Positions 1-12,461 are shown, numbered from the stretch's first letter. The stretch is DNA of 64,000 bases from Azolla caroliniana (GCA_043228905.1 JBHGNT010000013.1:2542001-2606000); one strand, 5' to 3'. A program made the numbers and translations. The notes: generated by a model not told the origin, from the letters alone.

Positions 1-38
1 CGCGCACCACGGAGGAGCTACATGGGGCCTGGCTGAAT

Positions 39-3000
39 GTGTGGGTGAAAATCAGGGATGTCAAGATTGACCAACACTTCTTCGTGCAGGAGACATCCTC
101 GCATCCGGTGATACTCGGAGAACCGTACAGTATAGCAACTCGTATGGAGACAAAAGTGTTGGATAACGGTTCGGCGTACGCACGCGTGAAGAGCCAAGAT
201 GGACGACACTCCGTCCAATTCTTGACCGTGCGACCGAACCATGAGCGCAATCGCGAGACCCTCGGTGGTGAAAGCTGAGGGGATTTTTAGAGAGGACTAT
301 CAAGGTGTGGGGCCGCGATAGTCTAGAGTCCAGACACCCCGGAGGATCCCCACACATGTACCATAGGTCGGAAGTTTTGGTTCTCCGATAGCGGAGGTTG
401 TACGATAGCCGACGTCATTGGCTGGGAGAAGAAGCGGGCAAAGCAACGACTCAGGATACGTGGAGTCCTCGCCCCCAATGAGGAAATTAGTGGCGCCGTA
501 GAGGCGGTCTCTTTCGATGACACCCTTGGGGAAATTGGGAAGGTGATCAAAGAAAGCCTCAATGAAGATCGGATGATTCCGGTTAACTCGGTGGAAATGT
601 ACGAAGTCTTTACTGACTTTAGAGAAAGGATCAGATCGGATCGGACGGCCAGCGTGCATACGAGGTACAAGTCTGTGGACCGAAAGGTGAGGCTAGTCGT
701 GGTACCCTTGCCGGAGGGCAACAGGTTACGGATGAAAGGGGTCGCGACGGACCCAAGTCTACGGGATCCGGCCGGCATAGGTCATCAAATCACCAACATA
801 ACGCTACAGGAGCTCAAGGTTGGTGGGGGTGGCTTTCTACTGCCGGCGGAGGAGGAACGGTTTCGGAGAATGCTCAGGAGGCATGGGAAGGTCTTTGCAT
901 TCTTGCTGGGAGAGATCGGGTGCGTGGACCCGACGGTTGTTGAGCCGATGGTTATTTTTACGGTACCGCATGTGCTGTGGAATCTCAAACCGATTCCAGT
1001 GCCCAGAGCTTACATCTTGAAGCTGATGGAGCTGTTGAAGCAGAAGGTGGAGATGGGCATCCTCGAACCGTCGAGTGCCCCATACTCGAATCGGTGGTTT
1101 ATTGTGCCTAGGAAGAACGACACATTGCGCATCATTCAGGACCTGCAGCCGATCAATAAAGTGACCATTCGAAACGCAGGAGTTGGACCGACGATCGATG
1201 AGGTTGCAGAAGCCTTTGCTGGGAGGTCGATCTATTTGGTCGGGGATCTATACTCAGGGTACGACCAGAGCAGAGATGTCACGATGACGCGGACACCTCT
1301 CGGCTTAGTGTGGATGTGTACTCTGCCACAGGGAGGGACAAACTCAGTGGCGCACATGGTAAATGCGATGAACAAGGTGCTGAGGGACTGCATCCCGGAC
1401 ATCACCATGCCATTTCTGGATGATATACCGATAAAGGGGTGCCTGGTGGAGGATAGGGATGAAACGGTTGGGCCGGACAGATGCCGGAGATTCGTGGCGT
1501 ACCACATTGATGACTACGAGAAGGCACTACAAAGACTAGAGGGTGCGTGGCTCACCCTCTCCGGAGAGAAGTTGGCTTTCGGGTAGCCAGAGATCCTTGT
1601 GGTCAGTCCCCTGTGCGGGCCTGACGGCCGGAAACTGTCTCCGGTAAAGGTAGAGGCCATCTCCGCGATGAGGGAAGAATGCAAGTCGGTTACGAAGGTG
1701 CGGAGGTTCCTGGGGGCATGCGCATTCTATCACATTTGGATCCCACACTATGCACACGTCGCGGAACCGCTCTACGGGTTACTTAAAATGGAGTAACGAA
1801 CATACGGAATCGATCCGAAGATTAAAAGAGGCGCTTACCGCGGCACCGGCTCTCCGGAAGTCGATCTACGACAAGAAGGTTCCCGTCAACGTAACCGTAG
1901 ACACAAGCCCAACCGGGATCGGATGGGTGATCAATCAGGAGGACGAGAGCGGCGTCCGGAAACCATACCAAGAATTGGTCTCGTGCACATCAAGTCTCTA
2001 AATCTGGAGATACAATACATCTCCGGTAAGGACACCACCATGGACGATATCCTTTCAAGAGCACGGTTCGACGACGAGGACGGCATGGTTTCGGAGAATG
2101 AAGAAGTTGGTGAGGACTTCTTCGAGTTAGCTCGCATAGCGGCAAAGGCTAGGAGCACTTCGGTGCTTAACGAGTTCAACGAGAGCAAGTACGACGGGGA
2201 GTGGCTCCAGATCGGTGGGTTCCTCAAGATGATGATGACGGGAGTGGCATGGGTGAGGGAAGAGGCTAACCCGATCCAAAAGAAAGCGTATCGATTCTTC
2301 CTACGAGACGGAAGCATATGGAAGCACCCAAAGAAGCGAAACGGAGTCCCATTTCGGGTGGTGGCAAGGAAGGAGGATCAGGAAGCATTGCTAACAGTGT
2401 ACCACGAGAGTCCTTGGGCCGGGCACGGGGGGACATGGGTCATGTTCGAGGAGTTGAAGGAGAAGTACTGGTGGTCGGGACTATACTGGGACGTGCATCA
2501 GTTCATAATGACTTGCGAAAGCTGTCAGATGCATTCCATAGTCCGACATCGGGATGAGCTACACCCGACTTACCCGCCGACTGTCCACTTCAAGTGGATG
2601 GTGGATCTAGTGACGATGCCGATGGGGTAGGGCAGATTCAGTACTTGGTGCTAGCGCGAGAAGACCTAACGAACCAAGTGGAGGGTCGCGCACTACAGAA
2701 TAAGACGACTACAGCGGTGTGCCGATTCCTAATTGAGGAGTTGGTGTGCCGGTACGGGTGTGTAGGAAAGATCGTGGATGATCGAGGGGAGCTGGACGCG
2801 CAGGAAGCCAAAGAGTTGTTCGACCAGCTAGGGGTCAAGCTCTTCCTCACTACAACGTACAACCCGGAGGCAAACAGGAAGGTGGAACGCAGACACGGGC
2901 CAATCGTAAAGGCGTTGGTACGGGAGGAGCTGTTAGTGGCGCGAATCCAGCAACTCGAGAGAAGACCAGAGGATGTAGAACGAGCGACGGCAAAGCTGCG

Positions 3001-3349
3001 CATGGCAAGGACAGAGAACAAGGGGCGATTTGACTAGACTCACCGACTACAACCAAGGAAAATCGAGGAAGGCGACTGGGTTCTGGTCTACGACAGTAGC
3101 CTCGACAACCAGCACAAGGCAATGCGGAAGCTTGCGAGGAGCTGGTTCGGGCCTTATGCGGTGACAAGCGCCAACGACAACAACACCTACCACCTTGCAG
3201 AACTCGACGGAACAAGAATAGTTGTGCCGGTGGCCGGAAAGAGGATCAAGGCATTCAAGAAGCGGCACGAGGACAAACCGGACCCAGAGGGCATTAATGG
3301 CGACGATGACCGGTTCAGAGCAGGTGACGAACCGAAGAACGAAAGATAA
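39..3349 (+). pseudogene. Gypsy pro-pol pseudogene with stops, frameshifts and internal deletions
   Basis: ORFs 39-278, 543-1586, 1599-1796, 1923-2630, 2594-3037 and 3122-3349 are collinear with the 12279-21836 copy. Segments are missing near 1960 (RNase H) and 2920 (INT). Confidence 0.9.
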
Positions 3350-3422
3350 TCGTAGGCCGGTCTTCTCCGACAGAAGTCTATTATGGCGCATACTGGAGGA
3401 TGCGCTGTTAGGTGGGGCTGGA

Positions 3423-4024
3423 TGTCGTGGAGAAAACCGTCCCTAAGAGAAATCGGTGGATGATATGCGTGAACCGGTCCTTTCACATGGGCACATGTTT
3501 TGATATATTTATATACATAGTTAAGTACAGGCCGGCGATGTAATTATCCTAGGTAGCACTAGTTCATTAAGTAGGGAATCGAAGAGAATAACAGGGATTT
3601 AACGGTCTATAAACGGCTCTCTCCTTGTGCTATAAAAGGAGAGGGAAAGGGCTTGAGTGGGCATAGGGCATTTAGAGAGGACGAAGTGTTGTCGAACTAG
3701 GAACCGAGCTCATTCCTCCACCATTGTTGTTGCCGGGATTTTGGGGTTAGGTTGGTTGCCTCTGCTGCGTGAAAGCCCGCGTGCTTCCGGTAGAGGCTCC
3801 ACCACGTATTTCAGGGCCTGCGTTCGTCTATGTCGAGTTTATCACCGGCTTGCCGGTTGTAACATTGCAAGCTGTAATCTATATTTTTTATTGGATTTGA
3901 TTCTTTCATTTTCTGTCTCTCTGTTTTTCAACGAGCCTCTCTCTTTCTCTCTCTCTCACGTTCCTTGGTTCAAGGCCCCCGCGGTCCCGCCTTATTTTCT
4001 ACGCATGAGCGTAACAACACGATA
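3423..4024 (+). repeat. 3' LTR (~600 bp) of the left Gypsy
   Basis: Starts TGTCGTGGAGAAAACCGTCCCTA after the G-rich tract ggtggggctgga and ends AACACGATA (compare AACACGACA in the related LTRs). Confidence 0.88.
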
Positions 4025-4057
4025 ATGCTATATCTGATGCATGCCCGGATATGCCGG

Positions 4058-5124
4058 TGTCGTGAAGTACGAAAGCTTCACATTAAAAGTCTACAATAAG
4101 ATAAATACGTAACTAAAATAAAATAAATCTTGATAATATTTTATACATAAAGATAATATTAACAACACATTATGATAATATTATACATTATATGTAAAGG
4201 TGAATAAATAAATATATATGTTACATATTACACGGACAAGAGAGGATTTGAGACAATAATCCCCACCTTATGACACTCTAACCTTACCATTTAGCCTATA
4301 CTAACAATTTACAAGAGATCATATGCGTTGTTTTATTTGAAGTAGTATTAGGACTTGAACCAACAACCCCAACCTTACAGGCATTCAAACCTTACCATTT
4401 AGCCTATACTTGTGATGTATATAAAATATATGTGTTGTAGTATTGTATGCTTTAAACCATGAAATGTACCACATGTGCACCATATAGCACACATGCAAAA
4501 GCCTCTCTGCATGTGCACCATAAAGCACACATGCAAGAGCTTCTCTACATGTGCGCCACATGGCCCACATGTAGAACCATCTCTTCCCTATAAAAGGAGA
4601 AGGGAGTATAGTGACAAGAAATCAAGGAATCAATCAATATCAAAAGAACTATATTATATATATCAAATAGAGTTATGTTGTAAGGTATATCACAAAAGAG
4701 AAAGAAGAAAAGAAGGTCAATATACAAGAGAAGCTCTAAGTTGGCGGTTGTGTTGCTCAACTCTCAACAAAAAGGGTGTCGAGGTTTGAGTCTTATCTCA
4801 TTGCAAGATAGAAGAGAAGATTGTGGTCTACTCTCAAGAAAGAGAAGAGCGATAGAAGCGAAGATTGTGGTCTACCTTGTGAGACAAAGTTCGAATTCAA
4901 CAACGCTCGCAACTATTTTGTAACTCTTTCATCAAATAATTATAAATCTCTTTTATTGCTTCAATTATCATTCTATATCCTATCTTGTCATATCTTGTTG
5001 ATCACTATATATCTATTTCTACTCTTTCGTCTCTTTCATCCAAAATCCCAGTGATTCCTTCCTCACTTTCATGTTATCTTCTATCTACGCAACGCTACGC
5101 TTCTAGGCGAGCCACACCACTACA
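4058..5124 (+). mobile_element. Solo LTR (1067 bp) of an unidentified family, 4-bp TSD CCGG
   Basis: TGTCGTG...CACTACA flanked by CCGG at 4054-4057 and 5125-5128. Removing it restores the host frame (ARICREEVN). TATA-like CTATAAAAGG near 4588. Confidence 0.85.
4341..4413 (-). other. Degenerate tRNA-like sequence (A-box and B-box) in the solo LTR; second, more decayed copy at ~4233-4302
   Basis: The minus strand reads TAGGCTAAATGGTAAGG...GGTTCAAGTCC with tRNA-like spacing. The 23-mer AACCTTACCATTTAGCCTATACT occurs at 4280 and 4388. Confidence 0.6.
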
Positions 5125-6194
5125 CCGGGAAGAAGTGAACGTAGCATCCGACACTGCCGGTGACCTGTGGCACAAGAGGGTGTGTCATATGAGCCAAAAG
5201 GGGATGAGAAGGCTTGCGAAGATAACCTCATTCCGGAGATGAAAGCCATGCAACTTGAGAAGTGCACTGATTGCTTGGCCGGCAAGCAAAACCGAACCTC
5301 CTTCCGGACAAGACCAACGATGAGATGGAATGCACCATTGGATCTGGTCCATACCGATGTGTGTCAAGTGGACACGAAGTCACAGGCTGGATTGCAATAC
5401 TTCATGACGTTCATAGATGACCACATCTAGAAGCTGTGGGTCTCACCGTTGAAGAAGAAGGATCAAGTGTTATCTGTCTTCAAGGAGCTCCATGCAAGAG
5501 TGGAAAGAGAAACCGGTCCGAAGGTGAGAGCGGTTTGAGCGGATAATGGAGGAGAATACCGGGGGAAGTTTGAGGAGTACTATCGATTGAAGGGAATCTG
5601 GCTCGAATTCATTGTGCCAAAGACACCGGAATTGAACGGGTTGGCCGAACGGATGAACTGGACCATGATGGAGAGAGTCCAGAGCATGATGGCACATGCA
5701 AAATTACCCAAGAAGTTTTGGGCTGAGGCACTAATGACGACAACCTATGTGATAAACAGATCACCCTCAGCACCCTTGGAAGGAGGCTCACCGCAGAAAG
5801 TATGGACCGGTGAAGATGTATCTTACCGGTATCTGAAGGTGTTCGGGAGTCTCGCCTATGTGCATTTTGCGAAGGGGGTGAAAGCACGATACGGTGTACC
5901 AACTTTTGGCCAAAATTTGAGTACTAATTTGATGAGGAGGAAAGAAAATCAATCCAATATTTGGGTTAAAACAGTTGACCATATTTTTTGCTAAAATTAA
6001 AAGTCACATTCAATGAAAATGGATTTCAAATATGAAAAAAACATTGCACTTCCTTCCACGATTATAACTTATGTCTATGTCCAACTGTCCATTTCATTTG
6101 AGGTTGTTGGGTCATAGTCCTAGGTAATGTTGTATGGAGATCTTAACTATACAAGATCTCGAGTAGTCACTCAATTATGAATATAGTAAGTATG

Positions 6195-6340
6195 TCTCTC
6201 TCTCACTCTCTCTCTCTTGGCACATATGTTCATCTCGAATTGTCAGTTAGTCTCTCTCCCTCTCTCTCTCCCTCTCTTTCTCTCTCCCTCTCTTTCTCTC
6301 TCCCTCTCTTTCTCTCTCCCTCTCTTTCTCTCCTTCCCCC
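6195..6340. repeat. CT-rich microsatellite / low-complexity tract
   Basis: Runs of tctctctccc and tctctttc. Confidence 0.9.
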
Positions 6341-6363
6341 TTCTACTCGTTGATTCCTGAGGT

Positions 6364-6575
6364 TCGTACCTCCTCTCCCCCTCTCTGTCTCTTTTCCACC
6401 TTCTGTATAGGTATCTACAGACTCCAAGCGTGTCACTGCTCGTCGTTCGTACCTCCTCTCCCCCTCTTTGTCTCTCTTCCACCTTCTTCTCTAGTCCCTG
6501 TAGACTCCAAGTGCATCACTACTCGTCATTCGTACCTCCTCTCCCCTTCTCTGTCTCTCTTCCAACTTTTGCACA
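6364..6575. repeat. ~83-bp tandem repeat, about 2.5 copies
   Basis: TCGTACCTCCTCTCCCC recurs near 6365, 6447 and 6530. Confidence 0.8.
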
Positions 6576-7272
6576 GGTCTTTCAACCTCTCTAGGTTTGG
6601 CCGCGTTCTCTCTCCCTCTGTTGACCTTGTTCTCCCTCACTGTTAGATGTTCTGTGCTCACCATATCCTAACGACATCGACCTCTGCTCTATTGGACGTA
6701 TCCCCTTTGCTGGTTGTGACCCCTGATTTGCTCTACCACCAAGTGTTCTCAAGTCGATGTGTTCCCTGTACCTGGTGTGTCCGTTTGCTTGCAACCCGTG
6801 CTTCAAACGTGTCCCCTCTGCAAGGACTTCAGAAAGGTAATCTTGCTATCTGCAACCCTAACGACATCTAAAAAGGTAATCCTGCTTTACGCTTACCTTC
6901 ACGTTCTACTACATGTTAGGGTTTTGTTGTTGTTGTTCGTGTTGTTCTCCCTTGTTCATTTGAGACACTTGTACATGCATATGCTTGAAATTGAGAGTGT
7001 TTTACATGCATATGTCATTTATTGCATGATTTAGAATTTGGTACATGTTGCATATTGGAATATGGTTCTATGATGGTACGCTGCAATGATTTTCCATTGT
7101 TTAGCATGTATATGTTGTGTATCGGGAGTTAACATTATGTTGTCGGTTTTATCTTTGTTTTTGATGTTTTTGTCTTTCCTCCTATGTGCACTTTCAAGAG
7201 AGACTTGTACATGCATGAATCTGGTTTTTGAGACAGCTTGAAGTATGTTTAGGGTTGTTATGTCTCATTGTT

Positions 7273-8540
7273 ATGTCAACATGGAAGAAAATGGTCAAAG
7301 AAAATGTCAACACACCATGCAAGGAAAGAAAAAGGACCCCCATCAAAGAAAGTAAGATGACCCCCACCAGACGGAGGTTTAAGTTGTCAACATCTCAGGG
7401 CAAGAAGATGTTCACAAACATCCTTCGAGGTAGAAAGTTGGGATGGGGATATTTCCTTCGTGCACGACCTGACACTTATGAAGACCTAGACATGTGGATG
7501 ATCAAAACATGGGGCTCATCACAACCAAAGACAAGGACAGGTTTTCACCTCACTCAATTGAAGAAGGATTATATCACTAAACTAAAGTCATGATATGAAC
7601 AAGTTTATGATACAAAACATATCCTAAACAATGATGTAGGAACTGTTTTTGCACGTGCATTTCCATGTGAACTCTATGGTGGTATTGAAGTTGATTGAGA
7701 AGATTTTGCTCATCATCGATCATCACATTATAGAGGGTCCTCAAGTACCAACACTACTATGAAGTCTGAGGGTACCTCTCACATTGAAATCCTAGCTAGG
7801 ACATCTGTGTTGACTAAACAAATTGCAAAAGAAAGAGCTACACTAACAGAAAGGCATGAACAACGATTGTTGCATTGCATAGCTTCTATGCAAACAAGAA
7901 TGCAAGCGCTGCTCACCGATTTGGAAGAAGTTTCATCTAGTGAGATGGTGGCAGAGAAACAATTCACATCTATATCGAATACATATGAATGGATAACAGC
8001 AACAATCCAACATTCTAAAAGCGATATGTTGAAAGAGGAGTTGAAGAAGGAGTTGACAAATATGGGCACTCAATTGGGAAAACAAAAGAAAGATCTGGAG
8101 ACATGGAGGTCATCTCGTTCTGAAATTGATGATAAGTTATTAGCCTTAAAAAGTCACTCTGAGAACCTGACATGTTTGATGAAGGGTCTAAAAGATAAAG
8201 GTTTAGATCCTCTATGGCCAGAAGTAGTTGTGCATCCCACTTGCAATGAAAGTACCATTACAAGAATTAATGTATCAAGGTAATGGTTTATATTTTTACA
8301 AGTTGACCTTCTAATTGTATAAAATATCATCGTTGCTAATATAGTGTATGTTGTGTCTCGTATTTGAAGGTGTGTATTGTGTGGCCTTGGATTCAAGTTT
8401 GAGGCCATGGATGCTATCATTACACCATGCTTGCACACATATCATTGGTTATGCGCTAAGTACCATTTGAGAAAGAAAATATATGTTTACACTATAAAAG
8501 TATAGTTGGAGCTAAATGGTACTTAACTTGGGGTTTGAAA
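7273..8540 (+). pseudogene. Spliced pseudogene: unknown N-terminal domain + coiled-coil + RING-H2-like finger
   Basis: One frame runs 7273-8279 with two TGA stops (7591, 7696). A GT-AG intron at 8280-8369 joins in frame to CVLC-x15-CLHTYHWLC. The last Cys pair of the finger is not visible. Confidence 0.65.
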
Positions 8541-8788
8541 GTACATTCCTATGGTATGTACTTAAGAACATGTGTAATTTTTATACTATGCTTTTATAAT
8601 TTTAACATTTGGTTCTGGTCTTATACCCATGAGTATTATTCCCGCAAGATCATTTTTACATGATTTGGTACTAACATTACTGATTACATTGTATTCCTTC
8701 GTGATCAGTTGACAATGTGAATCTTATTTAGTACTGAGGATCTTAAATGTTTAGTTGTATAACTTGCACGTGCACTAACATTATTCAT

Positions 8789-9008
8789 TAGAATGTCATG
8801 GACTTTCACAGTGCAAGATCTAATGGAAAGCTTTATTGCTTCGTTCTCTCTCTCTCTCTCTGAGATACAATGCACAGAGGCTTCGTCTCTCTGTCACTCG
8901 TCAATCATTACAATGTTAGGTATTCGCTTATATAGTAAGCCCTAACTTATTAACGAGTTCACACTCGAACAAATACAATTTGGAAGGAGTTAGCCTTTTA
9001 TGCCAACA
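8789..9008 (-). repeat. Truncated 3' LTR of Copia B
   Basis: Matches 39078-39295; the distal ~78 bp are missing. Confidence 0.88.
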
Positions 9009-9160
9009 AACTCCCCCGTAAAAGGACTACTCTTTCTTGCAAGTACAAGTATTTGGGGTTATCTCCCCCGTAAGCCTAAATTACAAAATTGATCTAAGTT
9101 TATATGTTACAAGTCGGTCGGCATGCAGCCGAGTCGACAGAGGTATAGTGTGAGTGTCGG

Positions 9161-9647
9161 TCAGCTCTTACCTTCTGCTCCTCGTTCGACTTTCTTCTGC
9201 TCGGTCTCTTGTTGTAGCCCCATCTTTGTCCTTAGTGTTCCGAAGCATTGATCTAGGAGTGGCTTTGTTAGGCAATCAACGATGTTCACCTCGGTGTCAA
9301 TCTTCTGGATTTCAAGTTTCTTCTTGCTCACGAGCTCCGAGATATGATGATACCGCACCTCAATGTGCTTCGTCTTCGCATGGTAGATGGGATTGTTGAA
9401 GAAGTGTATTGCGCTCTGTGAGTTGCAATAGATGGTTGTTGAACACTGGTCGGTCTATTTTGTTTTCAATTTTGAAGTCGGCAGACAATTGGTGCAGCCA
9501 GATCGCTTCCTTCGCTGCTTCCGATGCTGCTATGTACTTAGCTTCTATGGTAAATAGAGTCATACATTCTTGAAGTTTTGACCTCCATGATATTGCACTG
9601 CCACCATAGGTGAGGATGTAGCCTAATTTTGATTTCCGATTGTCCGT
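9161..9647 (-). pseudogene. Copia B RNase H remnant
   Basis: GGSAISWRSKLQ, EAKYIAASEAAKEAIWL and NIVDCLTK. Confidence 0.88.
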
Positions 9648-10297
9648 TGTTGTGGAGAAAACCGTCCCTAGGAGAAAACAAAAGAAACTATGCACGAACC
9701 GGCCCTTCCATGTGTGGGCGTGTGAATTGATAACTTGTACATAATTATGTGTAGGGCGGACGATGTAAATATACTAGGTGCGACATATTTATTAGGAAAT
9801 TGATGCGTATCTCTGCCCGAAGGGACAGAGAATAAAGTAATGTGACCATGACTGAACGAGAACGGTCTCTCCCCAACGACCTATATAAGGAAGAAGAGAA
9901 GGAAGAACATATCATCATGCATTAGCGAGGACGAAGTGTTGCCAGACTGCGTGCCAAGCTCTCTCTCTCCTCCTTCGGTTGTCTTTCTCTGCGGGTTTTG
10001 GAGATCGTCGCCTCTGCTTCGTGGACAGCCCGTGCGCTTCCAGCAAAGACTCTCCCTTCGCGTTTCTATGTTTGGCATGTGACATCTGTGTGTGTGTGTG
10101 TGTGGACTCCTGTGTAGGGTCGGTTGCCGGTGTGCCGGTTGTAACCGTTACTGGTGTTATAATTGAATTGTTCTGTTTTCTCTCTCTCTCTTTCACTGTG
10201 TTTAGCAAAACGCTCTCTCTCTCCTCTCTCACGCTCCTTGGTTCAGGGCCCCCGTGGTCCCGTCTCATTTCACCCGCAAAAGCGTAGTAACACGACA
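9648..10297 (+). repeat. 5' LTR of Gypsy A
   Basis: TGTTGTGGAG...CACGACA; direct repeat of 21813-22458. Confidence 0.95.
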
Positions 10298-10302
10298 TAG
10301 TT

Positions 10303-10320
10303 TGGTGAACCCGACGTGAA
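10303..10320 (+). promoter_or_regulatory. Primer binding site complementary to tRNA-Trp
   Basis: TGGTGAACCCGACGTGAA is the reverse complement of the plant cytosolic tRNA-Trp 3' end as I recall it (..TTCACGTCGGGTTCACCA). Confidence 0.85.
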
Positions 10321-10342
10321 AGAGGCGGCAAAGGAGTTGAAG

Positions 10343-12461
10343 ATGAGGGGATCTGAGCTTGCTGAAGCTATGGCAATAGTCATCGACCGACTAGTGAGCG
10401 CTCATGAGGGAACAGGTACCCTCGATACAGCCATAGAATCGATCGTCGGTACCATAGGCCGATTTGGTGGTAAGAACGCCACCGGCTATTTGGAGGCCTA
10501 TTGGGCCGAGATGATCAGGAGAGACATCCCTGAAGATAGGTAGCTGTCCGGGTTCCCTGGAGTGGTGACGCCGAGCATCCATGCAAAGGTGCTAGCCAGA
10601 TGCCAGACGTGGGAGGTTTTCGGGGAGCGACTCCTCGAAAGGTATGGGTTCGACGACTCGCTTCAATTGTCGAAGCGGGATTTCATGGCATGGGTTGAAA
10701 GCCCTGGAAAGGGGAGGATCGCACTGGCGCTCCTCCAGGAATTCGAAACGTGGTTCGCGCGATTGTCGGCGTTGGACCGGACCGTGCTCGATATGAGCCG
10801 GGTACTACTGTTCGTCAAAGTGGTCGATGCATTGGACTGAGAGAAGGTAGGTCTCATGTTGGAGACCAATGAGGGGCTCACGACTGACTGGGCCGTGGCT
10901 AAAGGAGTCTGTAGCCATTTCGACAAACGGCGGGAATGGAGTGATGAAGGGCCGTCGGCAATGAGACCCATCCCAGCAAGGCAGTTCGAGGAGCCTTTGT
11001 TGGCGCAAAAGGAAGAGACCCGAAATTGGCTTGAGACGGGGTCGGCCTCGAGCGGCGTGGTCAAAGGTCCCTCCGGAGGAGCGACACTGGAAGAATTGAC
11101 ACAAATGGTGCGCAACCCCCAGATCGGGTAGGCACGATGGGACGACGGCGACCAGTCTCGCGACCGAAGGCCACCGGCAGGGCAGCGATGAATATGGTGC
11201 AACGCATTCGGCCATGCCCGTAGAGACTGCGTGGATTTCGCAAATGCACTCAGAACTAACACGGTGTACGTCTGGGGTGGCCAAGTGCACTCCAATGAGA
11301 CTCAGAGAGCCCTGGAAGTGAATACCGGGCGTGGTGGAATGAAGAGGCTGATGGAAGAGGCTACCGCGCGACACACTGAGGCCGTGAATTATGCGGCGTC
11401 GGCAGGAATCCGGGTCGGGGGGAACGAGGGACAAAAGGCGAGCCACTCCGGGTTCTAGCCACTAGTGCTGGAAGTCCTCTCCGAAGTCCGGTTAAGGAAT
11501 GAAGAAGCGGACCGCGCGGAGCAGCGGATCCGAGAGGTCACCGAGTGGGGCGACCAGGTCGAGGAAAAGTCTGGCTTCGTAGAAGCTGCATGCCAGAACT
11601 ACAAGGTTTTGGTAGAAGATAAGCGCGCGGGAAAGGTTGGAGGGGCCGGTTCCCTGCAATGGTATGACACTCGGTTCGGCCCAAAAATGAGTGACGCCGG
11701 CAATTCCGGCATACCGGACAAGGCCAAGCCTGCCGGGTATCGGCTGAGCACCGAGATAGAGAGAACGGTGGACCTTCGGAAGGTCCTCGAAGAGCGTATC
11801 CTCGACAACAAGGTGGAGTTGTCGCTGAGGGAGGTGCTTTGAATCGCCAAGAAGGAGTTCCATGACTCCATTGTGAGCCTTGGTGAAGCGCAAACGGCTC
11901 TCCACAGAACCGGAACCGGAGAAGCCCGTAGAGGTGTGGACTACGCACTTAAAGGATGCAGCCCTGGAGGACAAGTTGGCTGAAAGCCATTATTCTAAGT
12001 TACACTGGGCTAGAGCCACTACCGAGACCCCTATCCGGATCGAGGATGTGCAAGAGCCGGTAGTGGCACTGATAGACCATCGATCCGAGATCAATCTGAT
12101 GTCCATGGACTTCTACAAAAAGGGGAAATGGCCGATCAACACCAAACACGGCTGGAAGATATGCGCGGTGACCCGCGCTACAAAGGAGTTGCACGGGGCG
12201 TGCCTAAACGTACGCGTGAAGATCGGTGACGTCAAGAGAGACCAAGACTTTTTTGTGTAAGAGACGTCCTCACACCCAGTGATATTCGGTGAACCATACA
12301 TCACGGCAACACGGATGGAGACAAAGGTGCTTGACAACGGCTTGGCATACGCGCGCGTAAAGAGTCAAGACGGACGACACTCTGTCCAATTTCTGACCGT
12401 AAGACCGAATCATGACCGTAACCGCGAGACTCTCGGCAACGACAGCCGAGGGGATTTTTAA
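10343..12461 (+). pseudogene. Gypsy A gag-protease pseudogene
   Basis: RFGGKNATGYL, a decayed zinc knuckle (xIWCNAFGHARRDC) and protease ALIDHRSEINLM. Ends GAT TTT TAA. Confidence 0.85.

Larger units (their letters stand above)
1..4024 (+). mobile_element. Ty3/Gypsy LTR retrotransposon, 3' part (end of PR, RT, RH, INT, 3' LTR); same lineage as 9648-22458; decayed
   Basis: ORF fragments carry YKSVDRKVR, PYSNRWF, PFLDDIPIKG (RT), H-x6-H...CESC and VDDRGELDA (INT). The 3' LTR resembles 21813-22458 at both ends. Confidence 0.93.
4025..5875 (+). pseudogene. Tork/Tnt1-like Copia fragment (gag-pre-integrase and integrase), interrupted by a solo LTR
   Basis: LWHKRVCHMS, CTDCLAGKQ, LVHTDVC and PELNGLAERMN are collinear with 33280-34054. 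Confidence 0.9.
5876..8788. mobile_element. Truncated putative Sola2-type DNA transposon (one terminus only)
   Basis: Begins GGGTGAAAG exactly where Copia homology stops. The same 9-mer begins the transposase-bearing element at 47097. The other end appears deleted. Confidence 0.55.

Noticed and set aside
6230-6646. Arg/Glu- or Ser/Leu-rich short ORFs (also near 31664, 46936, 53834)
   Set aside because: These are translations of (GA)n/(CT)n microsatellites.
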